Source of the DNA: the human T2T-CHM13v2.0 reference genome, Homo sapiens
NCBI RefSeq assembly: GCF_009914755.1
Contig: NC_060935.1
DNA length: 64,000 nt
Reading direction: 5' to 3' (one strand)
The number at the start of each line of letters is the position of its first letter. Within the stretch, counting starts at the first letter, position 1. Below are positions 15,340 through 32,955 of this stretch, piece after piece. The position numbers were made by a program, and so were the translations under genes. The notes below the pieces were generated by a model. It ran no database searches, was not told the DNA's origin, and saw nothing but the letters and a program-made list of their open reading frames with translations.

Positions 15340-15525
15340 ACAAGTTTCACATGATCTCATCTGAGGTGTGTGATAGCCCTTGTGGGGTGAGCTTTATTAT
15401 ACGCATGCTATAGAAAGATAACTGATGCACAGAGAGGCTAAGTTATTAACCCAAGGTTACAAAACTAGTGAAACTAAACTGAAATTGTGTCTGCAGACAC
15501 TAAAACCAATCTTCTTTCCATACTT
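15340..15525 (-). mobile_element. MIR
   Basis: AACTGATGCACAGAGAGGCTAAGTTATTAACCCAAGGTTACA core. Confidence 0.65.
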
Positions 15526-15859
15526 TGTAGCAGTGGCTGAGCAGGAAGAATATGTCATGACCTCCTAGCATGCTATGAGAATTTTCTTATATTTATTTCA
15601 GAGATTTTTGTCTCTTTTTTTTTCCCTGTTCATTCTCTCTTATTACTTTTCTTACTGTTTGGGTTCAGTGGTTTACATGAGATCTTCAATGAAGTAGTCT
15701 TCACGTAGAAAAGTAACTGATCTAATGTCTTGTCTATTTCTGTGGGATCATCACTATTAACAATGAAGGCCTATTTCGCTATTAATTTTTAATATTTTGT
15801 ACAGTCAGAAATAAGATTCAGCTTGGGAACAGTTTAGGACAGAATCCTCCCAGTGGAAG

Positions 15860-16690
15860 CAAACCCAAAGGCCTTTGCCCTAGTTTGCACCTGATTAACT
15901 ACTCCAGTAATGGGCACAGAGTACAATTAAATTTAAGTACCTCCTCAGGTGCTTTGCAAAAATCGATTCTGGGGTAGTTAAACCCATCCACACAGGGAGG
16001 GGTAAATTGAACCACGTGAAAATAGCATCTTTTTTTATATAAAGTTCATCTGCCCCTGCTGTTTATTGCCCACCTGAAGTCATAAGCTTGTGCTTGTGAC
16101 ACCCCAAGTGTTTGCTGTATAAATTATGATTAATATGGAAAATAAGGAGTACAAGGTCCTTCCCCCAACAAAGGTGTTACTATCAACTGAGGAGGGGCTT
16201 CACAAAAGGAGGAGAGATAAGGCTGGGACTCAAATATTTTCTTAATGACATATTTCTACAGAGCAGACTCTGTACTTTAGGTTAAATGAAAAGCTTAAGA
16301 CACTCCTGCTGTAAATCATTGGTAATTCCCTGGTGCCGCAGAAGAACCTCATGAAGAGGCAATCTGGCAATCAGCAACATCGTCTGACAATTTGCTAGAA
16401 GGAAACCTCATCTATTTAATTTTATTTTTTTAATCGCTTTCTCCACATGATGGTAATTTTAATAGACAGTGTGATTCAAAAGGTTTGCCTTGAGTCGCTA
16501 ATTATTCCAATCCAGACTACTCTCTCCAAGGTCCAATTACAGCAATGCCCCAGAGAGTTAATGCCCATTTAAGCTCGTGGAGCAGTCAGTGCATCAACTC
16601 TGTTTTATCTTCAGTTTGTCAAGGCATGGTTATTTCACTGGATATTTTACCTGATGAGGCCATTATCTCCATTTGCTGGTCCAATTTATC
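15860..16690. promoter_or_regulatory. Candidate enhancer / conserved non-coding element
   Basis: No repeat recognised; many TAAT/ATTA cores, PBX-HOX-type GTAAATCA at 16311, E-boxes, retained CpGs. Inference only. Confidence 0.35.
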
Positions 16691-16694
16691 CTGT

Positions 16695-17100
16695 AATATT
16701 CATTCATTCATTCACTAACTCATTCATTCATTCAAAAATATTGGTCAAATTCCTGCTGCATGTGAGGCATTGTGCTGGTCAATGTAGATGGAAATAAACA
16801 TTCCTTACCCCGTAGAATTTGATTTCTAGTAGCAGGATGTTAAATGTAATCAATTATTACAGGTGATTTAAAGAAAGCTAATAGTGGGACACAAGAAGGA
16901 GTCAAACTGGTGAGGGAGTTCATTTCCAGAGGGCAAGGAAGAGTCAGAAAACGTGTCTTAGAGAAGGTCAATGAACTTCTAAAGCTGAACATTGAAGATA
17001 ATAGTCTGTTCATGACTTAAATGGGCCAAAGGAGCAGATGTGCATATGAGAGCTTTTTTCTGGAATCAGAAGGGTGAAGGTGAGAATTCATTTATTAGAA
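16695..17100 (-). mobile_element. L2 3' end
   Basis: (TTCA)n then AAATATTGG..TGTGAGGCATTGTGCTGG, the antisense L2 terminus. Confidence 0.7.
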
Positions 17101-17129
17101 AAATGGGGCTAGCTACATGGCTATAAACA

Positions 17130-17360
17130 ATAAAGCTAATATTTATCAAGGACATATTGCATTTCAGAGACTATTCTAAGCACTTTATGTGTATTAATAC
17201 ATTTAAAATCCACATGCTCCTTCTGAGGGAGATAGAGTTATTATTCCTATTTTTATAATACACTGAAGGTTAGGACTTGCCCAAGATCAAACAGCTAGTA
17301 AGAAACAGAACTAGCATTCAAGTCAAGTCGTCTGATTTCACGGCAATATTCTTAGTCATC
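17130..17360 (-). mobile_element. MIR
   Basis: CTATTCTAAGCACTTTATGTGTATTAA..GACTTGCCCAAGATCAAACAGCTAGTAAG. Confidence 0.75.
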
Positions 17361-17389
17361 GTTCTGTGTGCTGAGGAAGAGGTTTACAA

Positions 17390-17700
17390 TCCATTCCAAG
17401 AACTTTGACAGGATCTTTATTATGGGTTTAATCAGAAAGATACTACTGCGCAATTTTAATTTTAGGAAAAAACACAAATCAAAACACCAAGACTTCAGTA
17501 TAGCACACAAAAAAATAGTGAAGAAAAAGTTATTTCAGTAATCCAAACAAGAGTGATGAGGTCTGGAATTGTAATGGTGGTAGTAACAATAGAGCAGAGC
17601 AGGTATCAGTGGTGTTAAAGGTGCTGGTTGAGGGTAGCTTGTATCGAACGAGGGCAAAGAAAAATGGAGGCTGACTTGTGAGTTGCTGGCATGGATCACT
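17390..17700 (-). mobile_element. L2 fragment
   Basis: CAGTAATCCAAACAAGAGTGATGAGGTCTGGA..GGTGGTAG. Confidence 0.5.
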
Positions 17701-17999
17701 ATGCATAAATAAATTCAGTATTTAATTTTCAATTGCAACAATTCTAGTCATTATAATATTTTCAGAATTGATGAGGCAGTAGTCCACACCTCATCTTACA
17801 TTGCAACATAGAAATCTCAGTTTTTACCCATGGTGTAAGATTTAACTACTTTGCACATCTGGAGAAATCCATTCTTTATGCATTAGGTTTCTTTCAACAC
17901 GCTGTGTGGAACAGACTTGTTTTGCCCCTATGATATATACAGAAAATAATTCTCTCTCATCAATCTCACAAACCTGCTCATCGTGCTTTCAGCTCTACA

Positions 18000-18190
18000 A
18001 TGACCTTTTCTTATTGCCTGAGTAATGCCTGCCTAGCCCATTTTGTAACAAATACAGATTGCTTTCCTTCTCCTTCTGTCCTGTGATGGGCTGATTAATA
18101 GCAGCACAAGTGGCTGCTCCTTGAGATTAATTAATCACCTGTCATAATTGTTCAGCAGTTAAATAACTATTAATCTGGATGCTAGTCAGA
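18000..18190. promoter_or_regulatory. Candidate homeodomain-site cluster
   Basis: GATTAATTAATC palindrome at 18125-18136 abutting CACCTG and CTGTCA, plus further TAAT cores. Confidence 0.3.
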
Positions 18191-18929
18191 GTGGAGGTTG
18201 ACACGGTTAGGAAAGAGAGGAGAGTTCTCACCGTGAAATTAGGAGTAAGCTTTTGCTAAGATGCTGCTTCTGAAACTGAAATTGTGCTGTTTGGGGAAGT
18301 GTCTTTTAAGGGCTTTGTACATATGGAAGATGAAAGGACAGCAGGTCATTGCAGTTGCATGCTTATTTAACTATTAGAGTGTGTCCATTGGAATAGTGTT
18401 ATAATTAGCATGATGTAAATAAGAGGCGGAGTTAATCTGAGAATTCTGGGTCTAGGGTTGTATCTGTAAAGGGAGGCAGCCCACAGGACACAGGAAGTAT
18501 CAAAGGAAGGAGCTTCATTGAATGCATGGAGATTATGGAAAAAATAACAAAAATACCCTGACCTTCTCTCCATATAAAAGGGAAATATGAGGTGGGCAGA
18601 TACATTTTCACATTAATTTTTGTTTTTCCTGTTCATCAATAACAATGGAGAATGTTTAGCAACAATCATTCAATCAGCTCAACACAAATTAGATTTACTT
18701 CTGGATTTCAAAGAGACTGCTGCTGCTGCTCATCCCTCAAGTGTGGGGCAGGTGAGGGAGCTGGGGGTATTGTTTGGAAAGACATGCTACAGAAACCATC
18801 TCAGATGCAGACCTGAGGGTGAGAGATCAACACCTTCCTTTCCATGATAAAGGAAGTGAAGGATTTATTTTTCTTAATAAGGATTTGGGAATAATGGGTC
18901 TGAGAGTAGGTATTCAACTCTGTTTGTAG

Positions 18930-19730
18930 TTGTTAATTTTAAGCTCTGGGGTATATGTGCAGGATGTGCAGGTTTCTTAAATAGGTAAATGTGTGCCATG
19001 GTGTTTTGCTGCCCCTATCAACCCATCACCTAGGTATTAAGCCCAGCATGCATTCTGTATTTTTCCCTATGCTCTCCATCCCCCCACCCCACCCTCCAAC
19101 AGGCCCCAGTGTGTGTTGTTCCCTTCCCTGTGTCCATGTGTTCTCATTGTTCAGCTCCCACTTATAAGTGAGAACATGAGGTGTTTGGTTTTCTGTTCTT
19201 GTGTTAGTTTGCTGAGGATAATGGCTTCCAGCTCCATCCATGTTCCTGCAAATGACATGATCTCATTCCTTTTTATGGCTGCATAGTGTTCTGTGGTATA
19301 TAGGTACCACATTTTCTTTATCCAGTCTATCATTGATGGGCATTTGGGTTGATTCCATGTCATTGCTATTGTGAATAGTGCTGCAATGAACATACATGTT
19401 AATGGATCTTTTAGTGGAATATTTATATTCCTTTAGGTATATACCCAGTAATGGGATTGCTGGGTCAAATGGTATTTCTGGTTCTAGATCTTTGAGGAAT
19501 GGCCCCACCATCTTCCACAATGGTTGAGCTAATTTACATTCCCACCAACAGTGTAAAAACATTTTTATTTCTCTGCAAACTTGCCAGCACCCGTTGTTTC
19601 TTGACTTTTTAACAATCATCATTCTGACTGACATGAGATGGTTCTCCAGGTTTTGATTTGCATTTATCTAATGATCAGTGATGCTGAGCTTTTTTCATAT
19701 GTTTGTGGGCCACATGAATGTTTTCTTTTG
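18930..19730 (-). mobile_element. L1PA (about L1PA8-11) 3' end, 5'-truncated
   Basis: ORF 19151-19393 is the ORF2p C-terminus (WNQPKCPS..WMELEAIILSKL), followed by the L1PA 3' UTR. Confidence 0.95.
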
Positions 19731-20179
19731 CTATCTGCTTGGGAATATATTTTACAGGACAAAGTAAGAGACTTGGAAGAAATTCTTCCTTGACATTTAT
19801 TCTAGGGGAGAACCTTCTGCATATCCTCTGCACTGATCAGTTTTCCAGGTTATACTCATCTGTTGAGTAGTCACGGGGCATATCCAACACTATCAGAATG
19901 TTCCTTCTACCCAATCAAGTTTCTATGAAACATTTACCCATTGCACCAAGGTTTATCCCTGTGATCCTCAAATATACTGGCCTCTCATTTTCTTCTTCTA
20001 TTTTCCCTTCTTTGTCTTCATTGTAACAGTAATATGAACAATCCATTAGGACTAGATTAACCACTTTTTCTGCCATAAGTTCATTTAAACCCCAAAGCTT
20101 CAAGGTTTAAAGAAGATCATTCAAGAAACAGGCTGAAGGAAAGGGAGGTAGATCAGCATATTAAGGACAATATACAATA

Positions 20180-20405
20180 GAAGGTGAGAGCATGGGTTCT
20201 CAAAATAAGGCTATCTGAGTTAAAGTTCTGACTCTGTCTCTTTCTAGCCTAATTGCTTTGGTAGTTACTAAACCTCCAGTTGCCTCTACTACTTCATTCG
20301 TAAAGTGAGGATAAAATATCTATTTCATAGGGCTGTCCTGAGTATTCAGCTTATAAAAGATTTAACATTGTTACTAAGCTCATAGTATTTACTTAATAAA
20401 CGTTA
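20180..20405 (+). mobile_element. MIR
   Basis: GAGAGCATGGG..CTGACTCTGTC..GTAAAGTGAGGATAAAA..CATAGGGCTG..AATAAACGTT. Confidence 0.65.
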
Positions 20406-20543
20406 AGGACCAGAATTTAAGGGACCAGAATAGTTTAAGCATAGAACTTTGCCACACATCACTAGAAACCACACTCTAGTTTGAGAGCAATTAGTAACAT
20501 TTACCCTTTGCATTGCATACAAAGGCCCTCCATCATCTAGCTC

Positions 20544-20916
20544 TTACATGGTTTGGCTCTGTGACCCCACCCTAATCTCATCTCAAATTGTAATCTCCAT
20601 GTGTCCAGGGAAGAACCTGGTGGGAGGTGACTGGATCATGGGGGTGGTTTCCCCAAGGCTGTTTTTGTGATAGTGAGTGAGTTCTAATGAGATCTGATGC
20701 TTTAAACGTGTTCGGCAGTTTCTCCTGTTCTCTCTCTCTCTCTATCCCTGCCACCATGTAAGACATGCCTTGTTTCCCCTTCACCTTCTGCCATAATTGT
20801 AAGTTTCCTGAGGCCTCCCCAGCCATGTGAAACTGTGCATCAGTTAAACCTCCTTTCTTTGTAAATTACCCAGTCTCATATGTTTCTTTATAGTAGCGTG
20901 AAAACAGACTAACACA
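20544..20916 (+). mobile_element. THE1 (THE1D-like) solo LTR
   Basis: ATGGTTTGGCTCTGTG..GTAAGTTTCCTGAGGCCTCCCCAGCCATG..GACTAACACA; 5-bp TSD AGCTC/AGCTT. Confidence 0.9.
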
Positions 20917-20986
20917 AGCTTTGACCCCAAAACCATTCTATACCCTAGCCCTATTGAGTTAATATATAGAATTCTCTACATTTATT

Positions 20987-21425
20987 TGTTATACACTGAA
21001 TTCTGTCTCCCCAAAATTCGTATGTTGAAATCCTAATGCTCAGTACCTCAGAAAGTGACTTACTAGTAGATAGGGTCTATACAGATGTAATTAAGTAAAA
21101 ATGAATTCATTAGGGTGGGCCCTAATCCAACATGACTGGTATACAATTGAATATAGACACAGGGAGAATATCATGTGAGGATGAAGACAGAGATGGTGGT
21201 GGTGCTTGAACAAGCCAAGAAATGCCAAAGATTGACAGCAAACCAACAGAAGCCTGGGGAGAGATATGGAAGAGATTCTTCCCAGCAGCCCTCCAAAAGA
21301 ACCAGCCCTGAGAACAATTTGATCTCAGACCTGTAGCCTCCAGAACTGTCAGAAAATAAATTACTGTTGTTCTAAGTCACCTAGTTTGTGGTATTTTGTT
21401 ATGGCAGCCCTGGAGCACTAATACA
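20987..21425 (+). mobile_element. MLT1 (MLT1C-like) solo LTR
   Basis: TGTTAT..CCCCAAAATTCGTATGTTGAA..GCCTCCAGAACTGT..TTGTTATGGCAGCCCT..CTAATACA. Confidence 0.85.
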
Positions 21426-23209
21426 ATACTGTATTATATTTTTTCTACCTATTCTTACCTCTTTCTCAAATACAATTCTTTTTTTTCTATATGCAGAAAA
21501 AAAATGTGGGTTTCTTTTCTTCCAAATGTATCTCAGGTAGGACTGTTTAGCTTTCTTACATACCGTATAGCAAAGTCAAGACTCAGGTGAGAGGATACAG
21601 GAAACTTAGAACATATTGCAAGTATGTAGCTCTTCCTCTTTTAATATATTAACATTTATTATTTAAGAGCATTGGCTTATTGTAAGGCCATGGGTTCTTG
21701 GTGCTTTTACACTTAGTTTCTTCCCCTCTCTGCTTTATTTTACCCTGATCCCAAATTTTTTATGCTACACAAAGTTTGGTCATTTACAGACTCCCAAAGG
21801 CCAGCTGCTAGGTACATAAAAAAGGTAAGCTAAGTCTGCCACTATGTGGCTATTTGTTTATCTAAGAGCCAGCCAGGTTGAAATCCATTTTAATTATGAC
21901 AGATGTCTAGTCAACATATTTAAGCTTGTTAGGGAACTACAGATATAAGCAATACATCTTTCAGCAATGCCTCAGTTATACTGAACCAAGCATTTATGAG
22001 GCTTGACCTATAAATTACATGTTCAAGAACACCAGAATTTAACAAAAGAATATATTATGATTAATGGTCTGGTACCAGCGGAATTAATGATTTTCTACTA
22101 GAAAATACTACACTCATGAGTCTTGGTCTTGAATGTACGAGAGATTTCATTAAACCATTTACCTCTAATAGATTGTTTTTTTTATACACAAGTCTAGATA
22201 TTTCTAATATGTGAGTTGAACCTGAATACAGAAAAACCTAAATGCCCCCAATATGCTTTAATAGATACTCAATAGGGAAGACTGACATTTTTCCATGTCC
22301 CCAGTTGCTGTCAAGATAAAACCAAAATTCCTTCTAGGTTTTGAAAACTTATTCAGTTGAATGAGTATGCCCTTCTGTTTCCCCTTCCTCTTTCTCCATA
22401 GTTGTTGCCCTCCTGCCTTGGAATACACCCCCTCTCCTTATTTGCTAGTGCTCCTCAGTTCATAAGTTATCTCTTCCAGGGAACTAGTGCTGATTACACT
22501 GTTAGTCAGTATGCTGTTTCTCTTTTGTTCTGATCATCACTCTATGCTAAATACCCAACATAGTAACTTACACAGGGTGGCCTTTTCGCATATGGGTGAA
22601 TGAGGTGAGTGAATAAAAGAGTAAATTACTGGGAAGATGAATATAAAATTGTGAATAGATAATTTCCCTAAAATAAATATCTGTGTTTGTGTTTATTATA
22701 TTAAGCTATGGTGGTATTAATAGGCCATCAGAACGTAGCCCTGTACTATGCATACAAAAAGTTTTGTCTCAGCTGTAGGGAAAACTTGTGCTGAGAGCCA
22801 AATCTTTGAGCAAGTAGTGGTCTTCATGACTACGAAGAGCAGGAGAGCCTGGGTAGAATAAAACTTGAATCTCTCTCTGTCTCCATTTCTCTCTCTCTTG
22901 CTCTTTCCCTTTCCGAGTCAAGACTGTGAAAGAACCAAAAACACTCATCAGAATTATTGGGGGTGTAGTCCATGCTGGTTAGTGCCAACATATCACTATT
23001 CCTGAGAAATAATCTCATGCTAGGAAGTGAGGGACCTGAAAGGAAACCTATCCTTTCCCCTTGGAGTTCATGCACAATATGAACATGGCCATGTACTTGT
23101 TCATGGGCATTGGAAGCAATCTGAGATATAATAGGAAATACAATTAGATACTTGCATGATCAACTATTATTGTCTATTCACTTTTGTTTATTTCTATTTT
23201 TATTCCTAA

Positions 23210-23521
<312 letters not shown>

Positions 23522-24164
23522 TATTCCTAAGTTTTTAGTAACATTTTGCAAAGTACAGACTATCTCACCTATGCAGGGGGATTTAAAATGAAACTCTTTC
23601 CAATAGAACTCCAAGATGGGAAGGCTTAGCTCCTGTGATAAATGAGAAGATGCCAAGACTTGGATAAACTTCCTGAGAACAGAAATAGATAGTTCTGGTT
23701 TAGCTGACCTTCTTCAATGGAGGTCACTACTTTCAAAGCCATGTATCTGGGTTTCATATCTTAAGAGAAGTATCTACTGACAAATACCTCCAGGGTTATC
23801 ACTGACACAGCACCTGGAATAATGTAGGCACTCATCAATATATGTGAGTGGTAGCTGTGGTTGTGAAAATCTGGAGAATTTTCCAGACACTAACAAAAAT
23901 GCCTAAACACTACTACTTTAAACAACTGAAACTGACACCCCCCTTAAGATGTTAAAGACAAAAAGAAAAAGAAATGCAAATCAGAAAAGCAGTGTTAAAG
24001 AGTTTGACCCCAATATTTTTCATTTTACTATACTTAATAACAATATTTCTAGGCCTCCATTTAATTAAATAGGGGAAGTAAAATTTATTATTCCTATGTT
24101 AAAGTTTATTGTAAGAATTAAATGAGATAAATTAGCACCCTAAGCTGACAATAAACCTAATTGT

Positions 24165-26480
<2,316 letters not shown>

Positions 26481-27094
26481 TGCTGAAGCTATAGAGGTTT
26501 TATGAATAAAAATTAATTCACGAATTCTATAATCTAGAAGAGGAGGCAGAACAAGACAACAAAAATTACAATAGAACACAAGGTTTGGAACAAAATACTG
26601 TGTAATATGAGAGAAATTTTTACAAGAGCCTATGGCATCAAAGAAAAACACTTCAACCCACCAGAAGTACTTGGGACTATCATGATTGATGTATCTCTAT
26701 AAAAAATGATTATCTTGTTACTTTATTTCTCTTCAGTAATTGTTGATTTTTAAAAATATATTTTGATCAGCTTTGTCAGGCTGTCTGGAAATGCCAGCTC
26801 AAAGACTAGGAGAAACAGAAAACAGTAAATATTTCAGAAAAGAGACGTAAAGGTTGAGGCAGCTAAGTTTGATAGTGGTGCTAGTAGAAACAGCTGTAAC
26901 AGTATAAACAGCTATATCATGAAAAAATATTTAGTGAAGGATACTAACAGCTTAGATATTAAAGGTAAGGCCTTATTTTTACTGAGATGTAAAAAAAGTG
27001 GGATGGAGAGACGCCTATGATATAAGTTTTCTACAAAAAAAAAAAAAAATAGGCGGTAGAATACACCATGAATCATCTTCAGTCTTCTAATAGG

Positions 27095-27325
27095 TGTTTT
27101 GGAGTGGAAAGAGCACAGGGTTTGAAGCCAAATAGACCTGAGTTTTGGTCCCCAATCTGACAAGTTTTATAGCTCTTGCAAAGTAACTTTTTTTTTTTTC
27201 GGTCTCTGTTTCTTTGGGTTTAAAATGAGGGTAATAGCTTCCTCACAGTGGTATGACAATGTTCATGTTTATAGTGGTGTTAGTGTCAAGGACAACTTAG
27301 TATGTACTCAATAAAAGGTAACTGT
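27095..27325 (+). mobile_element. MIR
   Basis: GTGGAAAGAGCACAGGG..GACCTGAGTT..TAAAATGAGGGTAATA..CTCAATAAA. Confidence 0.7.
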
Positions 27326-29311
27326 ACTGCCTTGATACACAAATAGTTCCTTGTTCAGGGAGGTTAGGCTAATTTATGAAACATGATAGAGGACATCCTA
27401 ATCACACATTTTTATTTTTACCTAAAGCTTATTCAGGTGAAATGTATTCCTTATATATTTTTTCCAATGCTTTTAGGTATCTTAGATATATATTATCTAA
27501 GTACTGCATATTTATAGAATAAATACCTCCCAATTTTATTGGTTATGTAACAATAATTTAGCAGCTGTACTTCAACAGAAGTATTTTAGACATAGATCTT
27601 TGATGCTAAAGACCCATTTTCCCTTGGTGGAGGGCACTCTGCCATAAAATTGCTACTTTCCTTAAAGTGCCATCCTTGTATATTTTACAAAAGGACTAGG
27701 AAAACACATACACAATTTAGATTTAGTGCATGGACCTCCAATTTACCCCAGAAATCTGTTTGGTTTTGTTTCTTTTTTTCTCATCCTATGTCTCTGCTTC
27801 ATGGGATATTGATTGACCAAAAATGCACGCCACATTATAGAAAGGAAGATTAAAAAAAATGACAACAGTGTATGCTTATTTTGTCTCCTAGGAATAAGGA
27901 AAATTTTTGAAGAATCCTTTAATTATTTAAATAAATGTGAAAATTTCTATTCTTGTTGGCAGTTTGCTTTGTTGCCAACAACACCGTGTTCACCTCTGTC
28001 CCCTCTCTGTCCATTGTGAAACTGTAAGGGAAGTTCACAGACAGAGGATGGTTGGGTAAACACATTTCTCAAGCTGTCATTGAGAGGTGATAATTTCAGA
28101 AGCCATTTTCATTGAACAAACTCCGTCTTGGGTTATTTTTGCAATATAAAGACTCTTCTCAGTCTTTGAATTCTTGAGAACTGCTTTGTATTCTCTCACG
28201 TGGAGAGAACCCAGAGCTGTGGTTCATCTGCCCAGAAGCTGATGACCACAGGTCTTTTGCCTGGCTCTGAAGACGCAGATTCAGTTTTCCTAGGGTCTTT
28301 TCAGGTTCTATCACTTGCAACCCCTTTAGTCCAAACACATTTGGTTCTTCCTAGTTTTCATGTATGCCTATTTCCTTAATTTGCACAATTTAACCAAAGA
28401 CAATTCAGAACTGTCCTGGGCAGTTCGGGAAAATTTTGACATGAGTGACATTATTCTTTTGAGAAAAACTTCAGGATAAAAAAGAAAAATTTAAAGGTTT
28501 TGAGATGATACACTGTCCTATTGCCAAAACGATAGATCACTTTAAGTTTTTGAGATTACTCTTTTTATTTTCCATATGTTAGGAATTAATAAGGGCCATC
28601 TTATTAATTGTAGGACTTGATGGAATAGTCAAGAGCCCAAATTATTATTAAGACCAGCTATAAAAAGTTTCTTTTGATTATATGGGATAAGATATGTTTT
28701 TCTACATATAAGTCTTCTCTTTCTCTGAAGAGGGAGATAATTAACCTTTTAGGATGTTAATTTTTTTTTATCAGAAAATGGTAATGCAGAAGAAAATATT
28801 TAACTACGAGTTTAGGTAATGACCTTTGTTCTTAACTACTGAATAAAAAAAACTAGACACTTAGAGTTTTAGATATTAATTCAAGACTCTTTAAAAATCT
28901 GGTTTATAAATATAGAAATTTATACATTATATTAAAAGAGTTCATATTAATTTCCTGATGCTAATTAAATCTGTGAATCAATTGGGATGATTTAATTTAG
29001 TTAAGAAACCAACATAAAAAATTAGGTTTGCAGAGTATTTTAGTTAATACATTACTTAAGTTTAATTTTTCATGACTTAAAGGTGGTAATTGATATAAGT
29101 AGTTAAACCAAAACTCTATAGAATAGTCCCTAAATATACAAGATTTTGACTATTACGAGCCTAATTTTTTATCAAGAGAATGGTTATTAAAATGGTAAAT
29201 TCAATATAACATATACACTGTTTTCTTTGGTGTGCTGATAAAGTTAATTATGTTCTAAGACTAAAGTTAAAAGCTTTAAATATATCATATATTTATGTGT
29301 ATGTGTATATA

Positions 29312-29980
<669 letters not shown>

Positions 29981-30029
29981 TGTGTATGTATATATATGTT
30001 GCATATTTATTTGGGCTTATATGTATCTG

Positions 30030-30412
30030 TGTACTGGTCTTCTCAGACTATCATGACAAAATACCAAATACTGGCAGCTTAAGCAATAGACTTTGTTTCC
30101 TCATAGACCTGGAGGCTGGAAAATCCAAGACTGAGGTTCTGGCAGTGTTTGGTTTCTGGTGAGGACTTTCCTTCTGGCTTGCTGACAGCCACCTTCTCAC
30201 TGTGTTGTTACACGGCAGAGAGAGAGAGACTGAGTGAGCACGTTGCCTGCTGTTTCGTCTTATAAGGGCAGTGATTCCCCATCATGAAGTCTTCACCCTC
30301 ATGACCTCATCTAAACCTAATTATCTCCTAAAAGGACTATCTTCAAATACCACCACCTTGAGAGTTAGGGCTTTAACATGAATTTTTGGAGGACCCAATT
30401 TGGTCCACAGCA
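30030..30412 (-). mobile_element. MLT1A-like LTR
   Basis: CTGGAGGCTGGAAAATCCAAG..CTGGTGAGG..ATGACCTCATCTAAACCTAATTA..CCACAGCA. Confidence 0.85.
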
Positions 30413-30439
30413 ATTCCTGTTTAAGAGAAAAAAAGTAAA

Positions 30440-30616
30440 AGAGAGAGAGAACTCTTTGATTTCTTATAAGGAGGACACTGATACTGTTGGATTAAGACCT
30501 TATGTTTATGACCTCATTTAACCTTAGTTACTTCCTTACTTCAAATACAGGCACATTGGGAGTTACGGTTTCAATATATGAATTTAGGGAGTGGGGAGAC
30601 AATTCAGTGCATAACA
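30440..30616 (-). mobile_element. Second partial MLT1 (A/B-like) LTR
   Basis: TCTTATAAGG..ATGACCTCATTTAACCTTA..TATGAATTT..AATTCAGTGCATAACA. Confidence 0.75.
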
Positions 30617-31569
30617 AATTGAATATATGCATATAAAGATATATTAGTATACATTAGTTCAAGGTGTGCATACTTTGTCATAAATTGTTTAAAAAAATCA
30701 AAATGGAGTAAAATTAGTTTTTTTCTGTATAATGACTAAATCACTCTGTGATTAGGTATCAGTATATAACAACACTTTGTTGTGCTATATTTCTTTACTT
30801 TTGTCATAATCCTGAACCATTCTAACAAAAAATTATTTTGGAAAAAAATGTATTTCTAATGATCATCATTTCTCAATGCTGTATAGTTTCAAACTATTGC
30901 CTTTGTTATATTTTGCCTTTAGATAAAAATGACATATTTATACCTTATCTTCTTTGGCACATTCCCTATTCAAACACTAAATGCAGAAAAATAGAATATT
31001 TAAGTTTTTTATGCCTAAACTATATTTGCTAACACAAAGGCTTATTTTTTACTTTGTAAAATAAATTATAGTAATTAGGTTTTTTTTGGAATTCTCTAAA
31101 TTTTAATGAACTAAAAATTATCACGAGCTCTTTTTATATACCGTTAGAATAAAGCAATATCTGACAAATCAAAAGAGAAATTCGATCTTCCTAGGTTAAT
31201 TATATATAAGTAAACTATGTTAATATAAATAAAATTCAATAATTATTTCTTATATTAAAAGAAATATAATTATGTTCAATATGCTATACCACACAATAAT
31301 TGTTTCCAAATTGATTATTTTTTAGGTTCTATAATACCTGTCAGTCAGGACAACCAGAATATGTTATGATATAAATCAAAAGTCTGTGGAGGTTTGCAAT
31401 CTATTACTGTTGGTAATATACCTGTCTCTCAGTAATCATTAACTGAATCCTTATTAAGTTACCTGATATCACAAGAGAGGACAGTCCTCTCTTCCATTCT
31501 AATAATGCCAGTTAATGTAATAGATTAGCAAAAGCTGTTTTAACACCATAACAGAGATAAATTAGACAT

Positions 31570-31685
31570 GTTTTTTAATAAAATAAATTGTATTGTGTAT
31601 CTTTAAGCTATACAAATTGATGTTACAGGATATATATACATAATAAGGTGGTTATTATAGTGAAACAAGTTAACATATCAATAAT
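31570..31685 (-). mobile_element. L1MA-like extreme 3' end
   Basis: AAATTGTATTGTGTATCTTTAAG..TATAGTGAAACAAGTTAACATATC. Confidence 0.5.
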
Positions 31686-32139
31686 CTAGTAATGATCTTA
31701 AATCAATTTATAGGGAAACTTCAAATATTTGGGCCAAGAAGGGGACTAATATATGTCTACTTACCAATAACACAATATTGACCAAACTTTAAAGATGAGA
31801 ATGGGACTGGAGCCAAAATCTTCATATCCTTTTTATTTCCTCCAAATGGATTTTACATAATTACCCTAAAATGGGCTATGGAATTGTCCAGGTTATTGTA
31901 CGTTTATTTTCAGGGTAGAGCAAAGCTTTTCCTTATTGGAAAGCCACAGCTTTAACAGAAAAAGAATTGCCTGACATTTTTTTTTTCTACTTGGCTCAAA
32001 CTATCTGTTTAATGATGGAAATACATTACTGAAGTTGTTGTTAAAATATTTCCTCTTATTTAAAACTCCACTGCCCATATCACATTCATATTAAGGTAAG
32101 GTAGAAGGACAATATTAATTCTGAAATTTAAATTAACTG

Positions 32140-32955
<816 letters not shown>

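Noticed and set aside
19026-19634. ORFs resembling the C-terminus of a reverse-transcriptase protein
   Set aside because: Frameshifted remnant of L1 ORF2p in a 5'-truncated copy; the same applies to 37349-37651
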